DNA from: Pyrinomonadales bacterium
Lineage (GTDB): Bacteria; Acidobacteriota; Blastocatellia; Pyrinomonadales; Pyrinomonadaceae
Direction: 5' to 3'
DNA length: 64,000 bases
Assembly: GCA_038246645.1 (NCBI GenBank)
Contig: JBBRVS010000003.1
Span: 4,569 to 68,568, forward strand
Shown here: in pieces, positions 28,384 through 38,797 of the stretch
Position numbering within the stretch: position 1 is the stretch's first letter
How the letters are laid out: the number at the start of each line of letters is the position of its first letter
Notes under the pieces: model-generated
Seen by the model: only the letters and a program-made list of their open reading frames with translations
Databases searched by the model: none
Told to the model about the DNA's origin: nothing
Program-made: the position numbers and the translations under genes

Positions 28384-31300
28384 ATGTGTGATAAATCAAA
28401 TAATGAGAAGGGTTCGGCGATAATTATTGCCTTGTTTGTAATGGTTTTATTACTCGGTTTCGTCGCCTTTGCCATCATCCGTACAAACAACGAAACTGTG
28501 TCAGCAAGCAATGACGCGGCTGAAACTCGTACCTTTGAAGCGGCGCAGGCAAGTCTGGAAGTGATGACCCGCAACTTTGATAAAATTTTTGACGTAAAAA
28601 TCAATGTTTCTACGGCTGATGAAACCCGTATTGCAGGACAGATTCCGCCCGAGTTTGATGATTACAATTTTGTCCAAACAATTACGCAAAGGCAGCCGAA
28701 TCAGCAGGTAGTAATGACCGGAACGCAGTATCAGGGCTTGAATGCTTCGAGAGACGAATGGCTGCTCGATGCAACGGCAAAAGAAAAAGGTAGTGGCGTT
28801 GAAGTACAATTAAGACGAAGTTTTTACAATAATCGCATTCCGATTTTTCAGTTCGGAATTTTCTACGACGATGATCTCGAGTTTCATCCCGGACCGAGAT
28901 TCGATTTCGGAGGTCGTGTTCATTCAAACGCCAGTCTTTTTCTTAAAAGCGGCAATGTTCTTAACTTTTCATCGAAGGTAACGACACATAAAGAAATTTA
29001 TACGGACGTGATGCGTAACGGTAATTCGACAACCACCAATGGCGTAAATATCAAGAATGCGGCGGGAAATTATGTTGAATTAAAATACAATATGGGAAGT
29101 GCTCTGCAAAGTCCCGTCAACGGCGCTCCGGTCAGCACAGATCCCGATATGCCAGTGGCTTATAAGAATGCGAACTGGGCTGCTAATGAAAGTTTATTTC
29201 AGGGCAATGTCTTGTCGAATCAGAAAACGCTCGATCTGCCGATTCGTTTAGAAAGCAATATCAATAACACGACGGTTGATTATGTCGAATTAATCAAACG
29301 CGGACAGGATCTGAAAACACTCTGGAACGACAAAACGTCAGGTTCGGCGACAAGCCCGAATATCGTTCCGGTTACGACGGCTACCAAAGATTCCGATATT
29401 ACAAGCCGCCAGAGATATTATAACGGCACGGGCATCCGGGTTACGCTTGCCGACCGCAAAGAAAGACTTCCCGGCTGCGCTTCCGGCACCGGCACGAATG
29501 CCGTTACCGGGGCGTGCGGAATTCGCCTTGACGGCGACATCACCGGCGCCGGTGCGGATCCGACCGGAACCGAAACCGTTCCCGGAAGCAGCAGCTGGAG
29601 CGTTCCCAAATCCAGAGGCTACGAGCCGACGGCAATGGTCGGCGGTACTTATAAGGCGACCAGAGTAAACGGCGAACGTTTTTATATTAATGATCTTAAG
29701 AATCCTAAAAAACAGACGTGGATCAAAGTTGAAACCGTTTCATACGACGCCGCCAACAATTTAACGGTTACTGCCGATATCACCGAAGATTTCCTGAGTT
29801 TGGGTGTTACCGAAGCCGCCCCGCAGGTCGGAAACGATTTTAATATCCAAAATCCCGCCAACTATTATTCGAGTGCTATCGATTCCCGTTCGATTATCAA
29901 ACTGCAGAGATTCGCCATCGTCGGTTCGGCGACGGCGAACCTTCCGACTAATACATATTTAACCTCAGGAACATATGGCGTTAAAGGCTACAACTACGTC
30001 ATACCGGCTGAACATCCGAATACGGGTAATTTGTCGGCAAGCAATCCGATAAATAACGGGACATTCGCCAGTTTTACGGGTGCGGGTGTTACACTCAGTA
30101 GTCCTACCAGAAATTTCAGCGATAATCCGATGCATTGGAGAGAAGCAAAAATTGCCAATGATGATTCAAAAAAACAGTATGTTGTTCCGTTTCCGATAAA
30201 TATGTTTGATAGCCGTGAAGGAACATATTGCAACGGATGTTTAAATCCTGACGGAACTGTTTTTAACCCGATTAATCCTCTAAGTGCAAATAAATGGAGT
30301 TACCACACAAATGTTCCCTGGATGGGCGTGATGAGTATGGTTGATATCGATGTTAAAAACTTAAAAAGATTTCTTGACGGCGAGTTTGACGGTAAATTCC
30401 CCAAAGGATTGACATCAAGCCAGATTCCTTCATTAAACGGTTGGATTTTATATATTTCGGACCGCCGCGGTGATTTTGATTTTGACGGCGAATTCGATAT
30501 GGAAGACATTTACGGTAATAATGACTGCACACTTCAAACCGGCGAAGATGTCAATACCAGCGGAGTATTAGACATCGGCGGTTTATGTCTGGGAACAACT
30601 TTAAATCCGTTTGGCATTAACGTCACCGAAGAAGCACCAACATATTTCAAAAGCGGACTAGCTACAGCTGCTTCAACGGATCCTTGGAGAACAAGTTTTG
30701 TCTCGCCGCAGATTGCCGCCGTTTTGGAACATAAATTTTACCGTCGCGGAGTGCGTCTAATAAACGGCGAAAAAGTTCCCGGCTATTATGATTCCGCCAA
30801 TCCGGGAAATACGAAGGGCTTTACGGTCGCTTCGGAAAACGGGCTTTATGTTCAGGGAAACTATAACGCGACCGGAATCAGCAGCATCGGAAGTCCGACT
30901 GCGGCAGCCAATTATTTACCCCAGAATACTACAGACCATATTCCGGCTTCGATTGCCGCCGATGCCATCACGATTTTGTCTAACAAATGGAATGACGGGC
31001 AAAGCTTTATCACTCCTTTTTCTGCCGGTTCCCGTGCTCCTGTTGAAACCACCGTCAGATTTGCAATGATTGCCGGTGATGCCAGAACGAGCAAAAAAGA
31101 TGATCCCAGTCAAAGTCCGTTTAACGAACCGAGAATGGGCGGCGGCGTTCATAATTTCAAAAGATTTCTGGAAAATTGGGCTGGAACAAGACTTAATTAT
31201 TCAGGTTCTATCATTAATCTGTATAATGCCCGGAATAATAACGGAACGTATAAAACGGGATTTGTTTACAACGCACCAAATCGAAATTGGGTTTTCGATG

Positions 31301-31386
31301 ATTCATTTTTAAACCCGGACCGATTACCGCCCGGCACACCATTTTTCCAATTTATTCAATTAACCGGATTTCAAAGAGTAAATTAA
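28384..31386 (+). CDS. Giant PilX_N-type pilus-tip or adhesin-like protein (about 1000 aa)
   Basis: With ATG at 28384 the N-terminus is MCDKSNNEKGSAIIIALFVMVLLLGFVAFAII, a PilX N-terminal pattern; the track start is 28315. The remainder has no domain I recognise except a DFDFDGEFD calcium-loop-like motif near 30472-30498. Confidence 0.6.
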   Translation: MCDKSNNEKGSAIIIALFVMVLLLGFVAFAIIRTNNETVSASNDAAETRTFEAAQASLEVMTRNFDKIFDVKINVSTADETRIAGQIPPEFDDYNFVQTITQRQPNQQVVMTGTQYQGLNASRDEWLLDATAKEKGSGVEVQLRRSFYNNRIPIFQFGIFYDDDLEFHPGPRFDFGGRVHSNASLFLKSGNVLNFSSKVTTHKEIYTDVMRNGNSTTTNGVNIKNAAGNYVELKYNMGSALQSPVNGAPVSTDPDMPVAYKNANWAANESLFQGNVLSNQKTLDLPIRLESNINNTTVDYVELIKRGQDLKTLWNDKTSGSATSPNIVPVTTATKDSDITSRQRYYNGTGIRVTLADRKERLPGCASGTGTNAVTGACGIRLDGDITGAGADPTGTETVPGSSSWSVPKSRGYEPTAMVGGTYKATRVNGERFYINDLKNPKKQTWIKVETVSYDAANNLTVTADITEDFLSLGVTEAAPQVGNDFNIQNPANYYSSAIDSRSIIKLQRFAIVGSATANLPTNTYLTSGTYGVKGYNYVIPAEHPNTGNLSASNPINNGTFASFTGAGVTLSSPTRNFSDNPMHWREAKIANDDSKKQYVVPFPINMFDSREGTYCNGCLNPDGTVFNPINPLSANKWSYHTNVPWMGVMSMVDIDVKNLKRFLDGEFDGKFPKGLTSSQIPSLNGWILYISDRRGDFDFDGEFDMEDIYGNNDCTLQTGEDVNTSGVLDIGGLCLGTTLNPFGINVTEEAPTYFKSGLATAASTDPWRTSFVSPQIAAVLEHKFYRRGVRLINGEKVPGYYDSANPGNTKGFTVASENGLYVQGNYNATGISSIGSPTAAANYLPQNTTDHIPASIAADAITILSNKWNDGQSFITPFSAGSRAPVETTVRFAMIAGDARTSKKDDPSQSPFNEPRMGGGVHNFKRFLENWAGTRLNYSGSIINLYNARNNNGTYKTGFVYNAPNRNWVFDDSFLNPDRLPPGTPFFQFIQLTGFQRVN

Positions 31387-31414
31387 TTTTGTTCTTGTAG
31401 CGTTAATAAATTTT

Positions 31415-31454
31415 GATCGGGCAATTTACTTTCTAAATTGCCCGATCTTTTTTT
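31415..31454 (+). terminator. Strong intrinsic terminator closing the pilin-like operon
   Basis: 13-bp perfect stem GATCGGGCAATTT / AAATTGCCCGATC with the 7-nt loop ACTTTCT, then T7. Confidence 0.8.
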
Positions 31455-31548
31455 GTGGGCGTTTTTCGAACTTTGAATATATAATATCGTATAGATTACC
31501 GAATTGTGATATTTTTTATACGTTGCTTTCCCCAAACCGATTTACAAG

Positions 31549-33081
31549 ATGAAATATCTCTCGCTGGAAAATACAAGGCTTGACGGTCGCTACGATATTC
31601 ATACACATCTCGGGCGTGGAAGTTATGCTGAAATCTATGTCGCCCGCGACGTTCTGGCTTCGCCGCAATCGCCGCACTCACAGGTTGTCATCAAAGCTCT
31701 CAATGTCTTTCTGCAAAACGATTTAGACCTTGATTTAGAAAGAACTCTGGTTGAAAATTTTCAAAACGAAGCGGTTGCTCTCGACCGCGTCCGCCATCCG
31801 AATATCATCAGCCGCATCGGGCACGGCACGGCACGCGATCTGCGCGGAACCGTTTTTCATTATCTGGCACTCGAATATCTGTCCGGCGGTGATCTGGCAA
31901 AGGCGTGCCGCGATAAGGGTTTATCATTAAAACAAGCACTTTTTTATATCGAACAAGTCTGCGCCGGTTTAGGATTTGCCCATAAAAACGGGATTATTCA
32001 CCGCGACATCAAACCGCAGAATCTGCTTTTGACGACTGATCGACAAACGGTAAAAATCGCCGATTTCGGCGTAGCAAGAATTTCTCAAACCGATGCGCCG
32101 ATTACCCGCGTCGGCACGAATATCTACGCTCCGCCCGAACACAGTCCGATGCTTTCCGGGCAAACCGGCTTGCTCGTTTCGTCGAAACTTACGCCCGCCG
32201 CCGATATTTATTCGCTGGCAAAAACCGCATACGTTTTAATCACTTGCGAATCGCCGAGATTCTTCGCCAATCAGCCGATCACCGAGCTTCCCTTTGCCCG
32301 GCGGAGCGAATCTTGGGCAAATGAACTGGTTGAAGTTTTGCAGAAAGCGACTCAAGCCGATTCCGCCAAACGCCATCAAAACGTCAATGAATTCTGGCAG
32401 GATTTATCGCGCTTAAAACGCTTTACCGAGGAAGTTTCTGATAAACTTGTCGCTCCGGTTTCGACATCTTCGCTCTATGCCATTCCGCAACCGCACGTTG
32501 CCAAAGGATATACGCCGGTTGCCCCGCAACAGCCGATGTTTGATACTTCGCGTAAATTACAGTTGAATCCGAATCTTGCACCGGGTGAAATGCCTTCGCC
32601 GGTCATTAAACTGGGCGCAAATGAAACGCTTTCCTCGCCACGACCGCAGCCGCCGGAATTTGTTTTCGAGCCTTCAAATAACGCACCTGAAGCGGCACAC
32701 ATCCAACCGAAAAAGAAACGTAGCCGCAGTGTTATTCGCACTTTATCGGTTTTTGCAATTCTCTTGTTTTTATTTGCGGGAGCGCTTTTTGCCACCCAAT
32801 ATTATATTAGAAACGGAAGACTTTTTCCGACGATTTCAAATTCGTTTAATTCGCAGACCGGCATCGCCAACACTAATGTCAATCTGCGTTCAACCCCAAA
32901 TTCAAGTAATAATGATAATATTATCGGTTTTGTCGCGAAAAACTCCCGGTTAAAAATCTTGAATGAAAAAGATAATTGGTATGAAGTGGAAATAATCGAA
33001 CCCGTTCGCCCACCGCTCGATTCCACTGATGCAACCCGCGGCTGGGTTTATGGAAAATTGGTAAATCTAGTTAACGACTAG
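31549..33081 (+). CDS. Hanks-type Ser/Thr protein kinase with a TM helix and an extracytoplasmic SH3b-like domain
   Basis: Motifs GRGSYAEIY, VVIKAL, HRDIKPQNLL, DFGVAR and APPE. A TM helix (LSVFAILLFLFAGALFA) is followed by NVNLRSTPNSS...NWYEVEI...GWVYGKLV. No PASTA repeats are present. Confidence 0.9.
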   Translation: MKYLSLENTRLDGRYDIHTHLGRGSYAEIYVARDVLASPQSPHSQVVIKALNVFLQNDLDLDLERTLVENFQNEAVALDRVRHPNIISRIGHGTARDLRGTVFHYLALEYLSGGDLAKACRDKGLSLKQALFYIEQVCAGLGFAHKNGIIHRDIKPQNLLLTTDRQTVKIADFGVARISQTDAPITRVGTNIYAPPEHSPMLSGQTGLLVSSKLTPAADIYSLAKTAYVLITCESPRFFANQPITELPFARRSESWANELVEVLQKATQADSAKRHQNVNEFWQDLSRLKRFTEEVSDKLVAPVSTSSLYAIPQPHVAKGYTPVAPQQPMFDTSRKLQLNPNLAPGEMPSPVIKLGANETLSSPRPQPPEFVFEPSNNAPEAAHIQPKKKRSRSVIRTLSVFAILLFLFAGALFATQYYIRNGRLFPTISNSFNSQTGIANTNVNLRSTPNSSNNDNIIGFVAKNSRLKILNEKDNWYEVEIIEPVRPPLDSTDATRGWVYGKLVNLVND

Positions 33082-33112
33082 GTTATTTTTTAGGATATAT
33101 AAGGAGAAATCA

Positions 33113-34126
33113 GTGAGCGTTTTAGATAAAGTCCGGCGGTGGATTGATGGGGAAAGTGCGGAGTTGGTTTTGGAAGAAGCCGCCCGCAACGCACAGATCA
33201 AACCGCGCAGTCAATCAGAAGAATTCATAGTCAAGATCGCCCGTGCAGTCGAAGAAGTGATGCAGCGCGAACTCGTTCCGCTGCCGCAGGGAACAACCAT
33301 CATTCCGACCGAATATATGATTTTTCTGAGCGAAACGGATGATAAGGATTGGCAGGGAATCAAACGGCGCGGACTCGAACAAGGGCTTTATCATATTTTG
33401 GCGGAACGCGCCAAAGAGATCGCCGGAAAACGCAAGCTCGAAACCAAGTCATTCGTCATCGAACTCCGCGTTGACGGAACTCTGGAACAGGGAGAAGTTC
33501 GTGTCCAACATAGTTGGGACGAAGGTTCGAGCAATAAAACCGGAGTTTTGGCACGCCCGAAACCCGTTCAACAGCCCGTTCAACAACCGAAACCACCGCA
33601 GCAAACACCGATTCCACAACCGCAGACGTTTATGCCGCCGCCAAATCCTAATTTACAACCACCGAATTTTGTCAATCAACAATCGGCAATGACAAATCGG
33701 CAGGGCGCGGCAAATGAACTTCCGCCGACGGCGCCAAATATCAATGTACCGCAAGTTACGCCGTTTCACAGCGAAGAACCGGAAGAAATGACGCACGTTC
33801 AAAAACGCAATACCGAATTGTATCGGCTCGAAGTCTGGCGCGACGGTGTGAGGCAAAATGTCATTCCGGTTTATCAATCAGAAGTTAAAATCGGTCGTGG
33901 TTCGCGTTCAAAACCTGTCGAAATCACGCTCGCCGGCGACCCCGAAATCAGCCGTCATCACGTTAATCTGATGCGTGATGCCAACGGTCAATTCTGGCTC
34001 GTCAACGTCGGCAGAAATCCGGCGATGATTAATAACTACGAATTGCCAATCGGGCAGAGAGTAACGGTTACGCCCGGTTTACCGATTCATATTTGCAGTT
34101 ATTTATTAAGAATCCAACCAAATTAA
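33113..34126 (+). CDS. Second FhaA-like protein (DUF3662-type N-domain, Q/P-rich linker, FHA domain)
   Basis: GTG start with AAGGAGA upstream. N-domain pattern is IIPTEYMIFLSETD...FVIELRVDGTLEQGEVRV. FHA core is VKIGRGSRSKPVEITLAGDPEISRHHVNLMRDANGQFWLVNVGRN. Confidence 0.8.
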   Translation: MSVLDKVRRWIDGESAELVLEEAARNAQIKPRSQSEEFIVKIARAVEEVMQRELVPLPQGTTIIPTEYMIFLSETDDKDWQGIKRRGLEQGLYHILAERAKEIAGKRKLETKSFVIELRVDGTLEQGEVRVQHSWDEGSSNKTGVLARPKPVQQPVQQPKPPQQTPIPQPQTFMPPPNPNLQPPNFVNQQSAMTNRQGAANELPPTAPNINVPQVTPFHSEEPEEMTHVQKRNTELYRLEVWRDGVRQNVIPVYQSEVKIGRGSRSKPVEITLAGDPEISRHHVNLMRDANGQFWLVNVGRNPAMINNYELPIGQRVTVTPGLPIHICSYLLRIQPN

Positions 34127-34176
34127 AAAAAAGGAAGCCACCCTAGCTTCCCTTTTTACTTTTACTAGAAATATTT

Positions 34177-36756
34177 TTAACGAACTTTAAGCAGCGGATC
34201 GCCGAGCAGAGTCCAGGACAACCGGACATCTCTGCCGCCGAAAACATTCATCTTGGCATCTTTGATCAAATCTCCGATTCTAGTCATATTGCCTTCGGAA
34301 GTTTTTTGATAAAAACGTCTGGCTAAAACTTCCTGCACATCGGGCGTAGTTTTCCCGGAAGAAGCCCAAACAGCCACGCCGCCGCCATTCTGTGCTTTTA
34401 AGACAAGTTCCGCCAAACTATCATTATTCGCCGCCAAAAAGTATCCGTTCAAACAGGTCAGCATCGTAAATACCGAATAATTGGTGCCGTTTGCCATCGA
34501 GGGAACATCCGCCGAACTATAAAAATTCGTTGCCGCCCAAAGATTCGGCGCACCGTGTCCCGAATAATTGACCAAAAATCTGCCGTTATTCAGTTCTGCC
34601 AGAAGAGTTGTCCGCGCATTCGTATCGGCGCGATTTACCATAACGGAAGTTGTTGCGACGGGAAGTTCATTGGCTAACCGTTGGCTCATTCCGGCAAAAT
34701 CGTAACCATTCGGCAAATCGCTGGCAAAAAGCGCACCTCTTGAAAATCCTTGATGGGAAGTTACCTCGAAAACAGATACTTTGTTAAGCATTCGGGTAAC
34801 ATCCGCCGCCGTTTTCGCCGGGATTCTTCCAACAGCAAGTTCCGCTAACCCGTCATCATTAAAATCCGCTAACGCTTCATCGCTTCCGGTTTCTTCATAT
34901 GCGGTATCAAACATTTTGGTCGGAACAAAATTCGCAAACGGGTTTGTCGTATAACCTCGCGGATCCCAGCTGGCGTCGCCGAGAATAAGCACGTAATTCG
35001 GCGGGGTTTGCCAGTTGTTTTTGGCAAATTGAAGAAATGAACGAATCGAATTTGCGCTGGTAATTCCGTAATTAAACTCGTCAAAAATATCATCAACCCG
35101 AACTATTTTGACCGAAAAGCCTTGATTTATTCGGTAATCAGCCCAATCTTCGGCTTCGTTCATCCAATTTTTATGGGTAATGATTATTAACTCGGCATTA
35201 TAATTCGTATTTGTTAAAAGGGATGGTGTGTTTTCCTCGATCGTATCAATTGATAAAACCGCGTTTTGAGCCGCTGCAAAAAATTTTCGGCTGCGGTTTG
35301 CCGGGATAATTACGCCGAAATTTCCGTTGTCCTCAGTTTGTTGTAAATTTGTGACGACCGTCGGCGCATCGGGATATGTCGTATCTAAAACTCTGAAATT
35401 GTTTGAAGTAAATCCTTTAACTTCAAATTGCTTTAAAGGTTTGGCATAAAAAGACAAAGCGTTTTGTTTTGCCAGATAATTTCTCGAATAATTCACTTTG
35501 ACGGATTCAACCAAGCTGACATCATTTGTCGCCGTCGGAACTTTGAATAAAATACTATTTGAACCTTCAATTAAAAGCGATGTCGGAATTTGATAGGTTT
35601 TTGTCATCAAATTCAGATTACTTCCCGTCATCGGTGCCAGCGGAACATTATTTAAGGTAATGTTTATATTATGCGGTGTGGCAGTAACTCCTTGAACACC
35701 AATTGTTAAGACTGTTTCGGTAATACTTTGATCAATGCCGTCCAAATCAAATGTAACGGTTACACCGGCAGTGCCAATAATTTTATCGCTGAAAAAATTA
35801 TTGGCACCGCCATTTCTCAGCGATGAAAAATAAAGAAGGCGATCAGCTCTGTAAAATGATTGCTCATAACTGTTTGAAACCACATTACCGGCAAGCCGGC
35901 GGCGAACGCTCGGTTGAATTCTTTTTCCGGCTTGTGCGCCGTTTATTAAAAAATAAATTTGCGTGCCGGATTCAATCGTGTCAATTCCCTGCCCGTAGAA
36001 TTCGATATAATCGTCGCCGTTTCCGACAATAATTGCTTGTTCATTGCCGTTCATATAAAGCTGCCAATTTGCCGAAGGCGAATTTAAATCAAATCCGGCG
36101 TTTTCCAATTCGGTTCGGCTGACGCGATAAATTCCTTCTTTTTTTACACCGATTTTTACGCCCGGTTGGTCGGCAATCAATCGCTGCCGATCCAAATTCG
36201 GCGGCAGAGCATTTTCGGCAATTTCCCGGTGTAATTCCTTGGTCAGTGAAAATTCGTTTTTTTCAATTCTGAAGTCGGCTTTTTTGGTTTCGTTAATAAG
36301 TTGGTCTGAAGTATTTCCCGCAATTCCGACTAAATTATCGGTATATTTGGCAAAAATGGGGATTGAAACAGTTTTTTGACCATTGATTGCAAGTGTTTCA
36401 ATTAAATACATCTGACCGAAACTTCCCTTCGGGTCAAAAAAAGTATAATTTCCGCCAGGAAAAGTTTCTTCACCATTTTGCAGAAATCCGCCGCTGATCA
36501 GATATGGATTTACCTGTTCCTTATTACTGCCGTTTATCCGATAAACATTAAAGCCCAAGTTATTTGATTCAACTTCCATCTGCCATTTAAACCAGACTCC
36601 GTTGCCGTCCGAAAATGCTTCCGCCGAAGCAAATTCAGTCGAAATTGTATTGAAATTTTTTATGATATTGGTTCGCTCTTGTTTTTGCGCCGAAATCGCC
36701 AAGTTTAGGGTTAAAAACAAAATAGTAATGACGAAAAATGAAATTACTCGATTCAT
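34177..36756 (-). CDS. Peptidase C25 (gingipain-like) family protein, secreted
   Basis: ATG at 36756 gives MNRVISFFVITILFLTLNLAISAQ. It has the His/Cys dyad context VNYSGHGAPNLW and FTMLTCLNGYF, plus LILGDASWDPRGY. Confidence 0.75.
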   Translation of the reverse strand: MNRVISFFVITILFLTLNLAISAQKQERTNIIKNFNTISTEFASAEAFSDGNGVWFKWQMEVESNNLGFNVYRINGSNKEQVNPYLISGGFLQNGEETFPGGNYTFFDPKGSFGQMYLIETLAINGQKTVSIPIFAKYTDNLVGIAGNTSDQLINETKKADFRIEKNEFSLTKELHREIAENALPPNLDRQRLIADQPGVKIGVKKEGIYRVSRTELENAGFDLNSPSANWQLYMNGNEQAIIVGNGDDYIEFYGQGIDTIESGTQIYFLINGAQAGKRIQPSVRRRLAGNVVSNSYEQSFYRADRLLYFSSLRNGGANNFFSDKIIGTAGVTVTFDLDGIDQSITETVLTIGVQGVTATPHNINITLNNVPLAPMTGSNLNLMTKTYQIPTSLLIEGSNSILFKVPTATNDVSLVESVKVNYSRNYLAKQNALSFYAKPLKQFEVKGFTSNNFRVLDTTYPDAPTVVTNLQQTEDNGNFGVIIPANRSRKFFAAAQNAVLSIDTIEENTPSLLTNTNYNAELIIITHKNWMNEAEDWADYRINQGFSVKIVRVDDIFDEFNYGITSANSIRSFLQFAKNNWQTPPNYVLILGDASWDPRGYTTNPFANFVPTKMFDTAYEETGSDEALADFNDDGLAELAVGRIPAKTAADVTRMLNKVSVFEVTSHQGFSRGALFASDLPNGYDFAGMSQRLANELPVATTSVMVNRADTNARTTLLAELNNGRFLVNYSGHGAPNLWAATNFYSSADVPSMANGTNYSVFTMLTCLNGYFLAANNDSLAELVLKAQNGGGVAVWASSGKTTPDVQEVLARRFYQKTSEGNMTRIGDLIKDAKMNVFGGRDVRLSWTLLGDPLLKVR

Positions 36757-37008
36757 AATTTTTTTGCACTCCTGACAGAGAAGACCTTTATACAAGAAAA
36801 GTTTCCTGTTTGATTGAAACGTTAATAAAGATGGGACTGAAATTGCTTATAACTTTACAACTTTTTGATTGATTTGCCAAGATATTTTTTCGTTCGGGCA
36901 TTTTTTTACCTTGCCGAAAATCTTTTTAATCCAAAAGGACTTGCAGTATCAGGAAAATAATTTATATCCTATTTCCCTACAAATATTTTTAAAGATTAAA
37001 AAATTATT

Positions 37009-38742
37009 ATGAAATCAATCAAAAAGCTTATTGTTTTAAACGTAATAATCGCCTTTTTTTGCATAACTATTCCCCAAAACTCACAAGTGTTCGCGGCTTG
37101 GGGCGATCCTGTTCGCGGTAAAAACGCGATGGTCGCTTCGCAGCATGAACTTGCTTCAAAAATTGGTGTGGAAGTTATAAAAAAAGGCGGAAATGCCGTT
37201 GATGCGGCGATTGCCGTTGCACTGGCATTGGCAGTTGTTTATCCCGAAGCCGGAAATTTAGGCGGCGGCGGGTTTATGCTGATTCGTCTGAAAGACGGCA
37301 CAACAACCTCGATAGATTATCGCGAGATGGCTCCACAAAAAGCGACACGCGATATTTTCATAGATGAAAAAGGCGAACTTATCAGAGGCGAGGGTTCTTC
37401 GACAATCGGTTATCGGGCTTCCGGCGTTCCGGGAACTCCGGCGGGAATGGAATATGCCTTCAAAAAATACGGTTCCGGCAAAGTGAAATGGGCGGAACTG
37501 GTTGAGCCGTCAAGGAAACTTGCCCAAGACGGTTATATTCTATCATATCGTCTGGCAAATTTGTTTAAAAATTATGAAAAAGGTTTATCACAATATGAAG
37601 ACAGCAAAAAAATCTTCTTAAACAACGGAAAATTCTTTGAAGAAGGCGATCTTTTCAAACAACCCGATCTTGCCCAAACGCTGGCGCGAATTCAAAAAGA
37701 CGGTGCAAAAGGTTTCTATGAAGGCAAAACCGCACAGTTGATCGCCGACGATATGAAGGCAAATAACGGTTTGATCACGCTGGAAGATTTGAAAAATTAT
37801 GTCGTCAAAGAAAGAGTTCCGGTACGCGGCACCTATCGCGGACACGAAATTATCTCGATGCCGCCGCCGTCTTCGGGCGGAATCGTTCTGATTCAGGTTT
37901 TGAATATGCTGGAAAATCACGACATCCGCCAAATGGGTTGGGCATCGGCGGAAAAATATCACGTTCTGACCGAAGCGATGCGCCGCGCTTTTGCCGACCG
38001 CGCCGAATATATGGCTGATCCCGATTTTGCGGATGTTCCGGCAAAACCGCTGATGGAAAAATCCTACGCCAACGCCCGCAACAAAACGATAAATTTGGAA
38101 AAAGCCTCGACCAGTCAGGAGATCCGTAACGGCGAACCGGTTGGTAAGGAATCAATGGACACAACACATTTTTCGGTTGTTGATGCGGACGGAAACGTCG
38201 TTTCAAATACTTATACGATCAATGATTTATACGGTTCGCGAGTTACGGCGAAAGGAACGGGAGTTTTGCTCAATGATGAGATGGACGATTTTGCGGCGCA
38301 GCCCGGGAAACCGAATCTTTTCGGCTTGATTCAGGGTGAGCGAAACAAGGTCGAACCGAAAAAACGTCCGCTTTCTTCGATGACTCCGACGATTGTTTTG
38401 CGAAAAGACGGAACGGTCTGGTTTGCCATCGGCGCACGCGGCGGACCGCGCATTATTTCGGCAGTTTTGCAGGCGACGATCAATTTGATTGACCACGATA
38501 TGAATATTCAGGAAGCTCTCGACGCGCCCCGCATTCATCATCAATGGTTTCCCGATCAAATCTATCACGAGCCGTTCGGTTTAGTTTCCGATACGAGAAA
38601 TATTCTGGAAAAAATGGGACATAAATTCAATCCTTCCGCCGGAGGTTTGGCATCGGCGACCGGAATCGCCATCGAAGCCGGAACAAATGTCAGGCTCGGC
38701 GCGATTGATTCGCGAAGCGACGGCGCAGCGATTGGGTATTAA
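37009..38742 (+). CDS. ggt: Gamma-glutamyltranspeptidase
   Basis: Signal peptide; autoprocessing and nucleophile context SMDTTHFSVVD; motifs GGGGFM and GARGGPRIIS. Confidence 0.9.
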   Translation: MKSIKKLIVLNVIIAFFCITIPQNSQVFAAWGDPVRGKNAMVASQHELASKIGVEVIKKGGNAVDAAIAVALALAVVYPEAGNLGGGGFMLIRLKDGTTTSIDYREMAPQKATRDIFIDEKGELIRGEGSSTIGYRASGVPGTPAGMEYAFKKYGSGKVKWAELVEPSRKLAQDGYILSYRLANLFKNYEKGLSQYEDSKKIFLNNGKFFEEGDLFKQPDLAQTLARIQKDGAKGFYEGKTAQLIADDMKANNGLITLEDLKNYVVKERVPVRGTYRGHEIISMPPPSSGGIVLIQVLNMLENHDIRQMGWASAEKYHVLTEAMRRAFADRAEYMADPDFADVPAKPLMEKSYANARNKTINLEKASTSQEIRNGEPVGKESMDTTHFSVVDADGNVVSNTYTINDLYGSRVTAKGTGVLLNDEMDDFAAQPGKPNLFGLIQGERNKVEPKKRPLSSMTPTIVLRKDGTVWFAIGARGGPRIISAVLQATINLIDHDMNIQEALDAPRIHHQWFPDQIYHEPFGLVSDTRNILEKMGHKFNPSAGGLASATGIAIEAGTNVRLGAIDSRSDGAAIGY

Positions 38743-38797
38743 ATTTGCAAAGAAACTTTTACTTGAGTTTTTTACAAAAAAAAGGAGAACAAAAAAA

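Noticed and set aside
34133-34157. Hairpin GGAAGC-CACCCTA-GCTTCC between the FHA gene and the C25 peptidase gene as a terminator
   Set aside because: The stem is only 6 bp. It is plausible as a weak bidirectional terminator because of the flanking A- and T-runs, but it is too weak to list as a feature.
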